Shown here piece by piece: positions 10,746 through 21,907 of a DNA stretch of 64,000 nucleotides. Made by a program: the position numbers and the translations under genes. Every line of letters starts with the position of its first letter. Position 1 is the stretch's first letter. Location of the stretch: NCBI RefSeq assembly GCF_046119375.1, contig NW_027362797.1:1612001-1676000 (forward strand). The letters are read 5' to 3'. The notes beneath the pieces are model-generated. The model made no database searches. It was not told the origin of the DNA and saw only the letters and a program-made list of their open reading frames with translations. The DNA comes from Phyllobates terribilis (lineage: Eukaryota).

Positions 10746-13312
10746 CTAAGAGGATCCTCCGGATCCCCTAGGACCAGGCTTATCAGGAAATCTCCTGTGA
10801 AACGCTCTGATAAGTCTGGACGCGGAAACATCATCTGACCTCACCCAAGAGTTATCCTCGGGTCCGAAACCTTTCCAGGCCACAAGATACTGCAAACTAC
10901 CTCTATACCGTCTAGAGTTAAGGATGCGAGAAATTTCATATTCCCCGTCCTCCACCACCGGAGGAACAGAGGCAGAGGCATCACCATCCGACACAACAGC
11001 TTTTTTTAACAGAGAGACATGAAATACCGGATTAATTCTCCAGGAGGTAGGAACCTCCAACCTAACAGCAGATTGGTTGACAACCTGAAGCACCTTAAAG
11101 GGCCCTACAAACTTGGGACCCAATTTCTTAGAAGGAATCCTCAACCGCAGATTCCTAGAGGACAACCAAACCATGTCACCAACAGCGAACAAAACCTCCT
11201 GTCGTTTCCTATCAAAGTAGTCTTTAGATTTTCTGTTGGCCTCCTGAAGATTACCACGCACATCCGTCCAAACTCTCTCCAAATCACCGGAAAAATTCTC
11301 CTCCTCAGGCACGGCACATCCCAACTTGGAGAACGACCCAAACGACGGATGTCTCCCAGAACAACAAAAAAAAGGCGAACAACCAGCAGAAGAAGATGTA
11401 TGATTGTTCAGAGCAAATTCAGCAAGTGGCAGAAACTCAGACCACCCCTCTTGATTGTCTGCCACAAAACAACGCAAGAACTGCTCAACATCCTGGTTTT
11501 TCCTTTCTGTCTGGCCATTAGATTCAGGATGATATCCGGACGAGAACGATAAATGAACTCCCAACCTGTCACAAAAGGCACGCCAAAAACGAGCCACGAA
11601 CTGAGGACCCCTATCAGAAACAATGTCAGTAGGAACGCCATGAAGTCTGACAATTTCCTTGACAAAGGCCTTAGCGAGAGTTTTAGCGCAGGGCAGTTTG
11701 ACGAAGGGAACCAAGTGACACATCTTGCTAAAACGGTCCATGACCACCCAGATGACAGTAAAACCCTCAGAGGGGGGAAGGTCAGTTATAAAGTCCATAG
11801 CCAAATGTGTCCAAGGAGCACTAGGAACCTCCAAAGGACAAAGCAACCCCGCAGCAGGAGTATGAGAGGACTTAGATCTAGCACATATAGTACGTTGACG
11901 CACCCACTTAATGACTTCCTTCTGCCATCCAGGCCACCAAAAACTGCGACCCACCAGTCTCTTGGTCTCAGAGATTCCGGGATGACCTGCCAACCGAGAT
12001 TCGTGACACTCAACAAACAAATCTCTCCTAAAGGTCCCAGGCACAAACAACCTCCCATGAGGAGTGTTAGATGGGGCATTCTCCTGTGCTTTAAGAATCT
12101 CATCTTCCAAAACGGAGTCCAAAGCAGCTATCACAACACCTTCTTGTAAAATGTTCTCCTCTTTCTCAGCACCGACTATGGGAGAAAAACTGCGAGACAA
12201 GGCATCCGCCTTAACATTCTTAGTACCAGGGATGTAAGTAACGGAGAAATTAAACCGCGAGAAAAACAGTGCCCACCTAGCCTGACGGGCATTCAGGCGC
12301 TTGGCAGCATCAAGATATATCAGATTTTTATGATCCGTAAGAACCTGAACGGGAAATTCCGCACCTTCCAAGAAGTGGCGCCAGTGTTCAAATGCGAGTT
12401 TAATAGCCAATAATTCCCGATTACCAATATCGTAATTCAGTTCAGTCTCCGAAAATTTTTTTGAAAAAAAGGCACAGGGATGTAATCCATCCCCGTTATC
12501 CTGAGACAATACTGCGCCAACCCCCACAGAGGAAGCATCAACCTCAACCAAAAACGGCTTAGTCACATCAGGCTGCATAAGGATGGGAGCAGAGGTGAAC
12601 CTCTCCTTGAGATACACAAAAGCTTCAATAGCCTCAGAAGACCACTGAACCGCATCAGCACCTTTCCTGGTGAGATCGGTCAGAGGTTTGACAATACTAG
12701 AAAAATTTTTTATGAATTTTCTGTAATAATTGGCGAAACCTAAAAACCTCTGTATCGATTTCAAACCAATAGGCCTAGGCCATTCCTGTACAGCTTGAAC
12801 TTTAACCGGGTCCATCTCAAAACCTTCGCTGGAGATAATGTAACCCAAAAAACTAATTCTCTGTACAGCGAACTCACATTTCTCCAGCTTAGCAAAAAGC
12901 GAATTGTCCATTAACAACTGTAATACCTCACGTACGCTCCGCCAATGAGACTCCAGATCCGGCGAATAAATCAAAATGTCATCCAAATACACAACCACAT
13001 TTTTGCCGATCAAAGGTCTAAGGATGTCATTAATAAGATTCTGAAAAAATGCAGGAGCATTGGTAAGACCAAAAGGCATCACCAGATTCTCAAAATGACC
13101 CACAGGAGTGTTAAAAGCAGTCTTCCATTCGTCACCCTCCTTCATGCGCAACAGATTGTATGCCCCCTTAAGGTCAATTTTAGAGAACCACTTGGCCCCC
13201 ATTAACTGGTTAAACAGATCAGGAATCAATGGCAGTGGGTAAGGATTGCGTACAGTAATTTTGTTAATCTCACGAAAATCCAGACAAGGACGTAAACCGC
13301 CGTCCTTTTTTT
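10746..13312 (-). CDS. Gypsy B RT-RNase H-integrase-chromodomain (3' part of polyprotein)
   Basis: YLDD, VEVDAS, TDH, MDFITDLP/DRFSK/SDRG/ERKN, GPFKV, YLVAWKGFGPEDNSW. Confidence 0.95.
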
Positions 13313-14812
13313 TTACAAAAAAAATCCAACCGCCACAGGAGACTTAGAGGGCCTAATGTGACCGGCGGCCAAACTTGTCTGTATGTATTCCTCCAAAGCC
13401 TTCCTCTCAGGAATAGTAAGGTTAAATAAACGACTTTTAGGAAGAGTCGCTCCAGGGACAAATTCAATAGAACAATCATAGTCTCTATGGAGAGGCAAAA
13501 CCTGCGATTCCTTCTCAGAAAAAACTCTCCAAAAATCCTGAATAGGAACAGGCAATTCTCCCCTATCCAAAGCTGCAATACGCCCGTTACAACACTTGTC
13601 ATAACATTTATGGCTCCAAGATTTAATTTCATTGGTAGACCAATCCAGTACAGGATTGTGAAATTTTAACCAGGGCAATCCCAATATTACTGGAGAAGGC
13701 AAGTTATTCAACACTACCAAATCCAATTTCTCATGGTGAACACCATTAATAGTGAGGGGAAATTCACAGACCTTGAGAGTAATATTCTTCAAAGGGGAAC
13801 CATCCACAGAAACCACAGCAATGGGGGATGATAAAGGTTCGGGTTTTAAATTGAGTCTTTCCAAGAATCCCCCATCAATTACATTCAGAGTAGACCCACA
13901 ATCGACAAACACCCGAAATTCCATTAATTTTTCCTGAGCAATCGTGGAAGCAGCTAAAAATACACCCTTGGAATTTAAACAGGCAATACGGGCATGACTG
14001 ACCATTTTTTTTTCTTTCTTCATACGAAGCTCACAGCCTTTAATCAAATGACCAGATTTTCCGCAATAGAAACACAAGCCTTCAAAAAGTCTACGGTCTT
14101 TTTCTTGAGAGCGAGGTGCCACCGATCTAATCTCCATCGGTTCACCACTGTTAGTACACACATTCTTATAACCAGAAACTGACATAGCAGAGGATTTGCT
14201 CTCATTAACCCTTGCACGCAGTCTTCTATCCACCCGTATAGCTAATTGCATAGCCTGTTGCAAATCTTCAGGTGTAGGATAAGCAATTAGCAGGTCTTTA
14301 ACCCTTTCATTGAGCCCAGCAAGAAATAGACTTTTCAGAGCAGAATCGTTCCACCCTGTTTGAGTAGACCATCGACGGAAATGAGTACAATATTTTTCCA
14401 CATTACCTGATCCTTGTCTCAAACGTCTTAACTCAGTCTCAGCTGATGCGACACGGTCAGGATCATCATATAATAGCCCCAAAGCAGAAAAAAAACTATC
14501 CACTGATCTGAAGCATGTATCACTAGGTTGCAAAGAAAAGGCCCACTCCTGAGGCTCTTTGCGCAAAAGTGACATTATGAACCCTATGCGCTGGGATTCA
14601 TCCCCAGAGGACTTGGGTCTCAAACGAAAATACAATAAGCAAGCATTTTTAAATGAAAAAAATTCTCGGTGTTCACCAAAAAATAAATCCGGCAAACATA
14701 CCTTAGGCTCCAAGAAATGTGCTCCAGGACAGTTACTCACGTGCTGACGGAGCTCGGCCACCTCCAGAGAGAGTCCCTGCAGGCGATGAGCCAAATCCTG
14801 AACCGACACCAT
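13313..14812 (-). CDS. Gypsy B Gag-protease (5' part of polyprotein)
   Basis: 499 aa; CFYCGKSGHLIKGC knuckle, FVDCGST aspartic protease; frame breaks in a T8/A9 homopolymer at FF(F)VKKK. Confidence 0.92.
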   Translation of the reverse strand: MVSVQDLAHRLQGLSLEVAELRQHVSNCPGAHFLEPKVCLPDLFFGEHREFFSFKNACLLYFRLRPKSSGDESQRIGFIMSLLRKEPQEWAFSLQPSDTCFRSVDSFFSALGLLYDDPDRVASAETELRRLRQGSGNVEKYCTHFRRWSTQTGWNDSALKSLFLAGLNERVKDLLIAYPTPEDLQQAMQLAIRVDRRLRARVNESKSSAMSVSGYKNVCTNSGEPMEIRSVAPRSQEKDRRLFEGLCFYCGKSGHLIKGCELRMKKEKKMVSHARIACLNSKGVFLAASTIAQEKLMEFRVFVDCGSTLNVIDGGFLERLNLKPEPLSSPIAVVSVDGSPLKNITLKVCEFPLTINGVHHEKLDLVVLNNLPSPVILGLPWLKFHNPVLDWSTNEIKSWSHKCYDKCCNGRIAALDRGELPVPIQDFWRVFSEKESQVLPLHRDYDCSIEFVPGATLPKSRLFNLTIPERKALEEYIQTSLAAGHIRPSKSPVAVGFFL

Positions 14813-14860
14813 GATGGAACAGAAAAATCTTTCCTTAGAGAATTTGCAGGCTGGACTTAC

Positions 14861-15279
14861 TGTTATGTTCTGCTACCAGAGCTAAGGAAAGAGAGGAGAT
14901 CTGTCCCTACGATAGAACTCAGCTGAATCCCTACGATGTAACAGGGGACCTGATCCTGCGATCAGACCTGCTAAAGTCCTAAGCTAGTCTGTACGGAGAC
15001 CTATAGATGTGGGGGAGGAATCCCTACAAGTACTAAGGACTGGGAGGAAAATGGACACCTCCTAACAGAAATAGTAGCAGACAGACGAACAAACAAAATA
15101 TATAGAACATAGAGGTCCGTAGACCAAGCAAACTAACAGAGTTAGATACAGAGCACAGGCTAGCTAGAAAGTAGTTATACAATGAAGTCCAGCAAAGCCA
15201 GAAGGGCGGAGCAGGATTAAATAGGCCAACAAGGTCATGTGACCAGCAAAGGAAAAAACCTAAGAGCAAGGTTCTAACA
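14861..15279 (-). repeat. Gypsy B 5' LTR
   Basis: Identical by eye to 10315-10733; TATTTAA box at 15217-15223. Confidence 0.97.
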
Positions 15280-15284
15280 GTTGC

Positions 15285-16446
15285 CTTCGGTTTGACGACA
15301 GAACTACCCGAACCGAACGTAAAACACATGACCGACTTGCTCCAATTCGTGATATATTCCAAAAATTTGTTGAAAACTGTAAAAAAAAGCTATTGCCCTG
15401 GGGAGAATCTCACTATTGACGAAATGCTCCCTGGTTTTCGTGGTAAATGTGCCTTTCATCAATATATTCCATCAAAGCCTAACAAATATGGAATAAAAAT
15501 GTATGCCCTTGTTGATGCCAGTAAGACCTACACTTACAACCTGGAAGTTTATGCAGGAAAACAACCAGAAGGTCCTTACTGTGTCAGCAACAAACCCAGT
15601 GATGTTGTAAAAAGACTGGCTGAGCCCTTATTTGGATCGGGTCGCAATATAACAGCTGACAATTGGTTTTCAAATTGTGATCTGATTGATTATCTGAAAA
15701 TGCAGAAGCTTTCATATGTCGGAACTGTAAGAAAAAATAAAAAAGAATTGCCTACACAGTTTGTAAGTGTGAAAGGGAGACAACAGTACTGCAGTATGTT
15801 TGCATTCCATAATGGAAAGGTTTTGGTTTCCTATGTACCACAAGCAAAAAAAATTGTACTTCTTCTATCAACACTTCATGATGATGATGCCATCGATCCT
15901 GAGACTGAGGCACAAAAAAACCCGGAGATAATTACATTTTATAATGCAACCAAAGGGGGTGTTGATACAGCTGATCAGATGTGCTCAACTTTCAACGTCA
16001 GCAGAAACACCAAACGCTGGCCAATGGTCATATTTTTTGCTATGTTGAATTTGGGTGGTATAAATTCACAAGTCATTTACCCTGAAAACAAGCTTGAACC
16101 ACTCCGTAGACGATTCTATCTGAAAAAATTGGCCCATGAACTAGTGCTTGGAGAGCTACGCAGGAGAAGTATGAAAACAATCGGTATCCCGGCTCGCCTT
16201 AAAGTTCAGCTCAAAAGATTCCGCCCAGAAGATGATAGTGAAAATTCACCACCTGCACCACCTCCCAAAAGAAGGAGATGCACCACCTGCACCACGGAAA
16301 GCGGAATCAGAAGGCTTTCTAATTATGAATGTCACAAATTTCATAATGCAATCTGCCTGACACATGCAAAAATGATGTGTAATTCTTGCTCTTTGCTCTG
16401 CAAGTGTAATTTTTCTGGGGAAACTTCAGGATCTAATTCTGATTGA
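15285..16446 (+). pseudogene. piggyBac transposase catalytic core and Cys-rich tail
   Basis: TIDEML, YIPSKPNKYGIK, ITADNWF, KGGVDTADQM (DDD triad) and C-terminal CTTC...CHK..NAICLTH. Confidence 0.95.
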
Positions 16447-16779
16447 ATATGTGTTTAATAGTACTTAAGGTACCTTAAAATTGAGTTTGTTTCCATAAAT
16501 TTTCTTTGTAGAGTTTTTTGACACAGTCGAACTGGGGACTATTTGGCGGGAGTTTTGAAATGTTTGTATTTCAGAGTTATTAGTTTTATGTTAAGTAAAT
16601 GTTTTTTTTTTGCCCCTGATTATGTGTAGTCTCTTTTATTACATCCCTATGAAGGTTACGGATCACTTTTAGAGCACTGAAATTGCAAACATTAGATATT
16701 ATAGGTATTTTTCTAGCCTGCGCCTGACAGTCACATTGTATGTGAACTCGTTAGAACCGATATTGTATGTGACGGAGGG

Positions 16780-19700
16780 TTAAGTATTGTAAACAATTTC
16801 TGTGTATTCGGGAATCTAAGATCTTTTCCACCACAAACTGCTCCTGTCCGTCCACTTCAATTGCATCGGGAGGCGGAGGGGAACGTTCTGGAAATGGATT
16901 GGCTGTGGCGGCTTTCAACAAAGACACGTGAAACACGGGATGAATCTTCATTGATGTTGGTAGCTGTAGACGTACAGCCAATGGACTCACAATCTTACTG
17001 ATTTTGTATGGTCCCACAAACTTTTGTCCTAATTTAGGAGAAGGAATCTTCAATTTCAAATTCTTAGTGGATAACCACACTCGATCTCCAATCCTAAACG
17101 TGGGAGTGGGTCTACGATACTTGTCGGCAGTTTTTTTTATATTTCTCCTGAGCTTCCCTTAATGTGTCTTTCAGAACATTCAGATTTTTCTGTAGAAGAG
17201 AGATTCTTTCTGCGACTGCTGGTATTAATGGTGACACAGGATTCTTGGGAAGGATGTTTGGGTGATATCCAAGATTTGCAAAAAATGCGTCTATTTCGTA
17301 GAGGCATTCTGTGAATTGTTATATGAAAATTCCGCAAATGGCAACAGATCTACCCAGTCGTCTTGCAGATGGCAAATATAACAACGAAGATACTGCTCCA
17401 GCGTCTGATTCGTACGTTCTGTATGACCGTTAGATTGCGGATGATAAGCGGTTGACAATCGTACCTTGATGTCTAGCGCTGAGCATAAACTGCGCCAGAA
17501 TTTAGATGTAAATTGCACACCTCGATCTGAGACGACTTCATCCGGCACTCCGTGGAGGCGAAAAACATTGCAAATTATCAGATCAGCTGTATCTTTTGCT
17601 GAAGGCAGACCTGAACACGGGATAAAATGCGCTGCTTTCGTAAGTCGATCCACTACTACCAGAATGGATGTTTTTCCCTTCGAGTCTGGTAGGTCTACTA
17701 TAAAGTCCATTGAAATCGATCCCCATGGTCGAGTTGGGATGGCGAGAGGCTGCAATAGTCCCATAGGAGATGCACGTGGAGTCTTATATCTGGCACAGAT
17801 GTCACAGGAATTAACGTACTTCTTCACGTCTTCTTGAAAGTTCGGCCACCAAAAGAAACGTGACAAAAATTCCTGCGTTTTCTGTACCCCTTTGTGCCCT
17901 GCAACTTTAGAATCATGCACTAGTTGTAGAACTTTTAATCGAGCTGCTTCTTGCACATATAGTCGTCGACCATCGGTCCATACTTGATTTTTAAAAAACA
18001 GATGCACGTCCTCTGATGGACGTGATAGAAACGAGTCTGTTTCGTATGCTGCTTTCAAATCTTCCAGCAAATCTCCATCATGTATTACTCCCAAGATCTT
18101 AGTATCTGCCACAATGGGTTTGGGTGTTGTTACGAGGTTAGCCTCACTTGAAAACATTCGGGATAATGCGTCTGCTTTCTTGTTACGGGTGCCTGGTCGG
18201 TATGAAATTACAAAATTGAATTGATTCAAAAACAGACTCCAACGGGTCTGCCGAGGAGAGAGGCATTTTGCAGACCTGATAAACTCTAGATTGCGATGAT
18301 CGGTCAACACCAGAATTTGTTGTGCAGCCCCCTGGAGATGATGTCTCCACTCTTTGAATGCTGATATGATGGCGAGCAATTCTTTATTTACCACGTCATA
18401 GTTTTTTTTTGGCTAAAGACATACGTTGTGAGAAAAATGCGCAGGGATGCAGCAACTTCTTTTCCCCTGTCCTCTGAGAGAGGATAGCACCGACCGCACA
18501 GTCTGAAGCATCCACCTCGACGATAAAAGCCAATTCAGGGTCAGGATGGCGTAGTATGGGAGTCGTCGTGAATTTCATTTTTAAATGAGAGAATGCTTCT
18601 TGCGCTTGGGGGGTTCAGATGAATTTTGCTCCTTTTTTTGTTAGTTGCGTGATGGGTGCCACGATTTCTGAAAAATTCTTGACAAAACGTCTGTAAAAGT
18701 TGGCGAACCTCACAAAATGCTGAACTTCTTTCACATTTTTAGGGATAGGCCACTCTGTGATAGCTTGCGTTTTCTTAGCATCCATCCGTAATCCTTGAGG
18801 TGAAATTATGTATCCCAAGAACTGGATCTCTTCTTGATGGAATTCACATTTTTCTAATTTAATATATAACGAATTCTCAGGATGTCATCTAGATAAACGA
18901 CCATGAACTGGTCCAACAGGTCTCGGAAAATATCATTTGCCAGGTGCTGGAAAGTAGCTGGAGCATTGCAAAGTCCGAAGGGCATCACTAGACTCTCAAA
19001 GTGTCCATATCGGGTACGAAAAGCCGTCTTCCATTCATCCCCAGGTTTTATACATACTAAATTATATGCCCCACGTAAATCTAACTTAGTGAAGATTTTC
19101 GCACTTTGCACTTTTTCTAGGAGTTCCGGGATCAACGGTAGGGGATAACGATTTTTGACCGTGACTTTATTAAGCTCCCTGTAGTCCACTACTGGCCGTA
19201 GTGCTCCATCCTTCTTTTTAAAGAAGAATATAGGGGCTCCAGCGGGCGAGGATGATGGACGGATGAATTTTTTGCTTAGATTTTCAGCAATAAATTCTTT
19301 GAGAGCCTTCAGTTCAGGACCCGCTAGAGGGTAGATAGTTCCAAATGGTATAGCTGCCCCTGGGAATAGCTCTATTGGGCAATTGTACGGTCGATGTGGG
19401 GGAAGTGTATCCGCTCCCCTCTTGTCACAGACATCTAGGAAATCTTCATACACCGCTGGTAGCTGAGGCAATTCTGGATTCTGAGCTGCTTCTAATGTGG
19501 ACTCACTTGGAACCTCCGCCTGAACTTCCTTTTCGGGGAAACTAATCTTTTTTATCTCCCAATCGATGATAGGGTTTTGCTTCTGCAACCAGGGCAGACC
19601 TAAAATGCTGGGAAAATGTGGAGAAGAAATAATTAGGAATGTCAACATCTCGCGATGCTGCGGCTCAATATAGATCTCCAAAAGTCCTGTCTCATGATCC

Positions 19701-20257
19701 ACTGGCCCTGAATTCAGTGGAGATCCATCGACCGTCTCCATCACAATAGGTGAACGTCTTTTCTGCACATCTATGCCATGTTTTTGAGCAAATGCAGAAT
19801 CCATGAAAGTCCCACTGGCCCCAGAGTCGATCATGGCTGATGCGGTGATCCACTGGGAGTTAACCTTCAGTTTGATAGTTACAAAACAATGGGATTCTCG
19901 GCTCTCCTTCCTGGTATGTGGAGCTATGGATGATATGGACTGGATCTCATCTTTAGCGTAATCAGTTTCTGAGATGAAAGACTCCTCGTCGGAAGAATCA
20001 GGATCCATTATGGCCGCCACCATTTTCCTTGAACGGTTTGTGGGACGACTTGGACAGTTAATGAGAAAATGTCCTGCTTCCCCGCAGTACAAACATAGAT
20101 TCTCTTTAAATCTCTGTTCTCTTCGTTCTGCACTCGCTCGTCTCTGGATCGCATCCACTTGCATTGGCTCTAATTCTGTATCTGGGAAATTTCGGCTAGG
20201 CCCTTCTTTAGTGACCGATGGCAGGGAGGAGTTATACGAGTTAGTTGAACGATTCAT
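16780..20257 (-). pseudogene. Gypsy A pol (protease, RT, RNase H, integrase, start of chromodomain), multiple frameshifts
   Basis: MIDSGASG protease; [14 protein letters not shown]; VEVDAS and TDH RNase H; H...GH...C..C and MDFIVDLP integrase; GPYKI GPY/F motif. Confidence 0.93.
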
Positions 20258-20275
20258 GGAGGTCCACTTCTCTTG

Positions 20276-21016
20276 TCATCGTTCAGACAGACGGGTGTCA
20301 ACCCGGATGCAATGCTTGATAAAATCATCCAGATCCGAAGGGGTCTCTCCACGGGCAAGTTCGTCCTTTACTGCACTAGAAAGTCCTCTTTTAAAGAAAG
20401 TTACCTTTGCTGCATTATTCCATTCGGTGTCGACGGCCCACCTCCTATACTCCATAGCATACTCTGCGACAGGACGTTTGCCTTGCCGTAATGCCAGCAA
20501 CGTTGATTCAGCTGTAGCTGCACGATTTGGGTCATCAAACATCTGCTGCATCGCTCGAATAAACTCATTCAAATTGTCTAAACGTGCGTCCCAAGTCTCA
20601 ATCAGAGGATTAGCCCAAGCGATCGCTTTGTGGGTTAACAGCATAATGATGCATAACACCTTTGACCTATCGGTCGGGAACTGATTAGCATGTGTATCGA
20701 ACAGGTAGCATTGATTCAAAAATCCACGAAATTTGTCTCGATCACCGCCAAAACGAAAAGGTGGTAGCTTGGGCGGCTTGGCAAACGCCGAGATGGGAGC
20801 TTGTCCTTCTAGCTGTGTAATTCGAGCAGTCAACACTTGTACCGCATTCTGCAGATCTTGGATAGCTTGTTGGCGATTCTGAACATTATGATCGCTCTGT
20901 ACAATAAATGCGTCTACCCGTGATTTTCCATTCATCTGTTCGGTGTGCAGACTGGATATTGCACCCTGCAGTTTTCTGACACGTGTCTCCATAGTTTCTG
21001 CCCCAGCGGCCTCCAT
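20276..21016 (-). pseudogene. Gypsy A gag (capsid-like) ORF
   Basis: PPKLPPFRFGGDRDKFRGFLNQC...LRQGKRPVAEYAMEYRR; CCHC knuckle [14 protein letters not shown] lies in the next frame. Confidence 0.9.
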
Positions 21017-21036
21017 TTTTGAGAGGCTGAGTATTC

Positions 21037-21779
21037 TGTCACGTTACTGGCGATACTGGACTGGAGGTCAGTGGCCGGAGCAGATGTGTACAGGTGACCT
21101 GACCGTGGGAAGACTTCTGGGGATGCAGTATATGGCGGTAGTAGTTCACCTTGTCAGCATATGCAGTATATGGCGGTAGTAGTTCACCTTGTCAGCAGAT
21201 GCAGTATATGGCGGTAGTAGTTCACCTTGTCAGCAGATGCAGTATATGGCGGTAGTAGTTCACTATGTCAGCAGATGCAGTATATGGCGGTAGTAGTTCA
21301 CTATGTCAGCAGATGCAGTATATGGCGGTAGTAGTTCACCATGTCAGCAGATGCAGTATATGGCGGTGGTAGTTCACTATGTCAGCAGATGCAGGGGCCC
21401 GCCCGAGCAAGGGCCGGCCGGGATCACACACGAGCACCAGGTTCGTTTAGGCAATAGAAGTTCGAGGTAGGAACAGCAGAGTCTTCACAAGAAGCAGGAA
21501 GGCGCCAGCAGAACACCTTCCAAATCAGGAGCTCAGATAATGCTTCACTCAGTTAGACTGAGCACCACAATACTCAGCAACAGGAAGCTGCACAGGGCCA
21601 GGTATATATAGCAGGTCCAATCAATCTCAATCAGGGCGGGAACAATCAGCAGGGCAGGTGATGATCTCTATCCCAGACGAAGTTCATATGGTTTCAGGCA
21701 GGAGTTAAACAAGTTCCGAATAACTCCACAGCAAAGGATCAGACTAGCAAGCAATGGGTCACAGGTTCAAATCCTAACA
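21037..21779 (-). repeat. Gypsy A 5' LTR (743 bp, seven 38-bp internal repeats)
   Basis: Direct repeat of 8341-9159; TATATATA box near 21603-21610. Confidence 0.96.
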
Positions 21780-21907
21780 AAAGGCTGCAAAGTTGTGAGA
21801 AATGCTCTTTTCTGTGACCCTGACAAGTATTTATTTATTTTTTTGGGTGGGTAGGGCCCAATTAGAACTTCTGCTATGGGGTCCCATGACTTCTATGTAC
21901 GTCCCTG
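21780..21907. mobile_element. Right end of a CAGGG-type hAT-like MITE
   Basis: gggccc...gctatgggggtcccatgacttctatgtacgtccctg terminal pattern. Confidence 0.4.

Larger units (their letters stand above)
10315..15279 (-). mobile_element. Gypsy B: near-intact chromoviral Ty3/Gypsy retrotransposon (4,965 bp)
   Basis: 419-bp LTRs that appear identical, TG...CA, 5-bp TSD GTTGC (10310-10314, 15280-15284), PPT next to 10733. Confidence 0.98.
9312..16779 (+). mobile_element. piggyBac transposon (~2.5 kb once Gypsy B is removed)
   Basis: TTAA TSD (9308-9311, 16780-16783); perfect 19-bp TIR CCCTCCGTCACATACAATA; PGBD-type transposase. Confidence 0.97.
8341..21779 (-). mobile_element. Gypsy A: chromodomain-bearing Ty3/Gypsy LTR retrotransposon (Tf1/sushi-like), decayed, hosting nested insertions
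   Basis: LTRs 8341-9159 and 21037-21779, TG...CA, 5-bp TSD AAAGG (8336-8340, 21780-21784), PPT next to 9159, gag-PR-RT-RH-INT-CHD remnants. Confidence 0.97.

Noticed and set aside
857-21907. One giant hAT-like MITE from CAGGGCCGG (857) to GTCCCTG (21907)
   Set aside because: Flanks (cctctgac versus tgcttagc) give no 8-bp TSD and the termini match only over about 5 bp. Plausible but unsupported.
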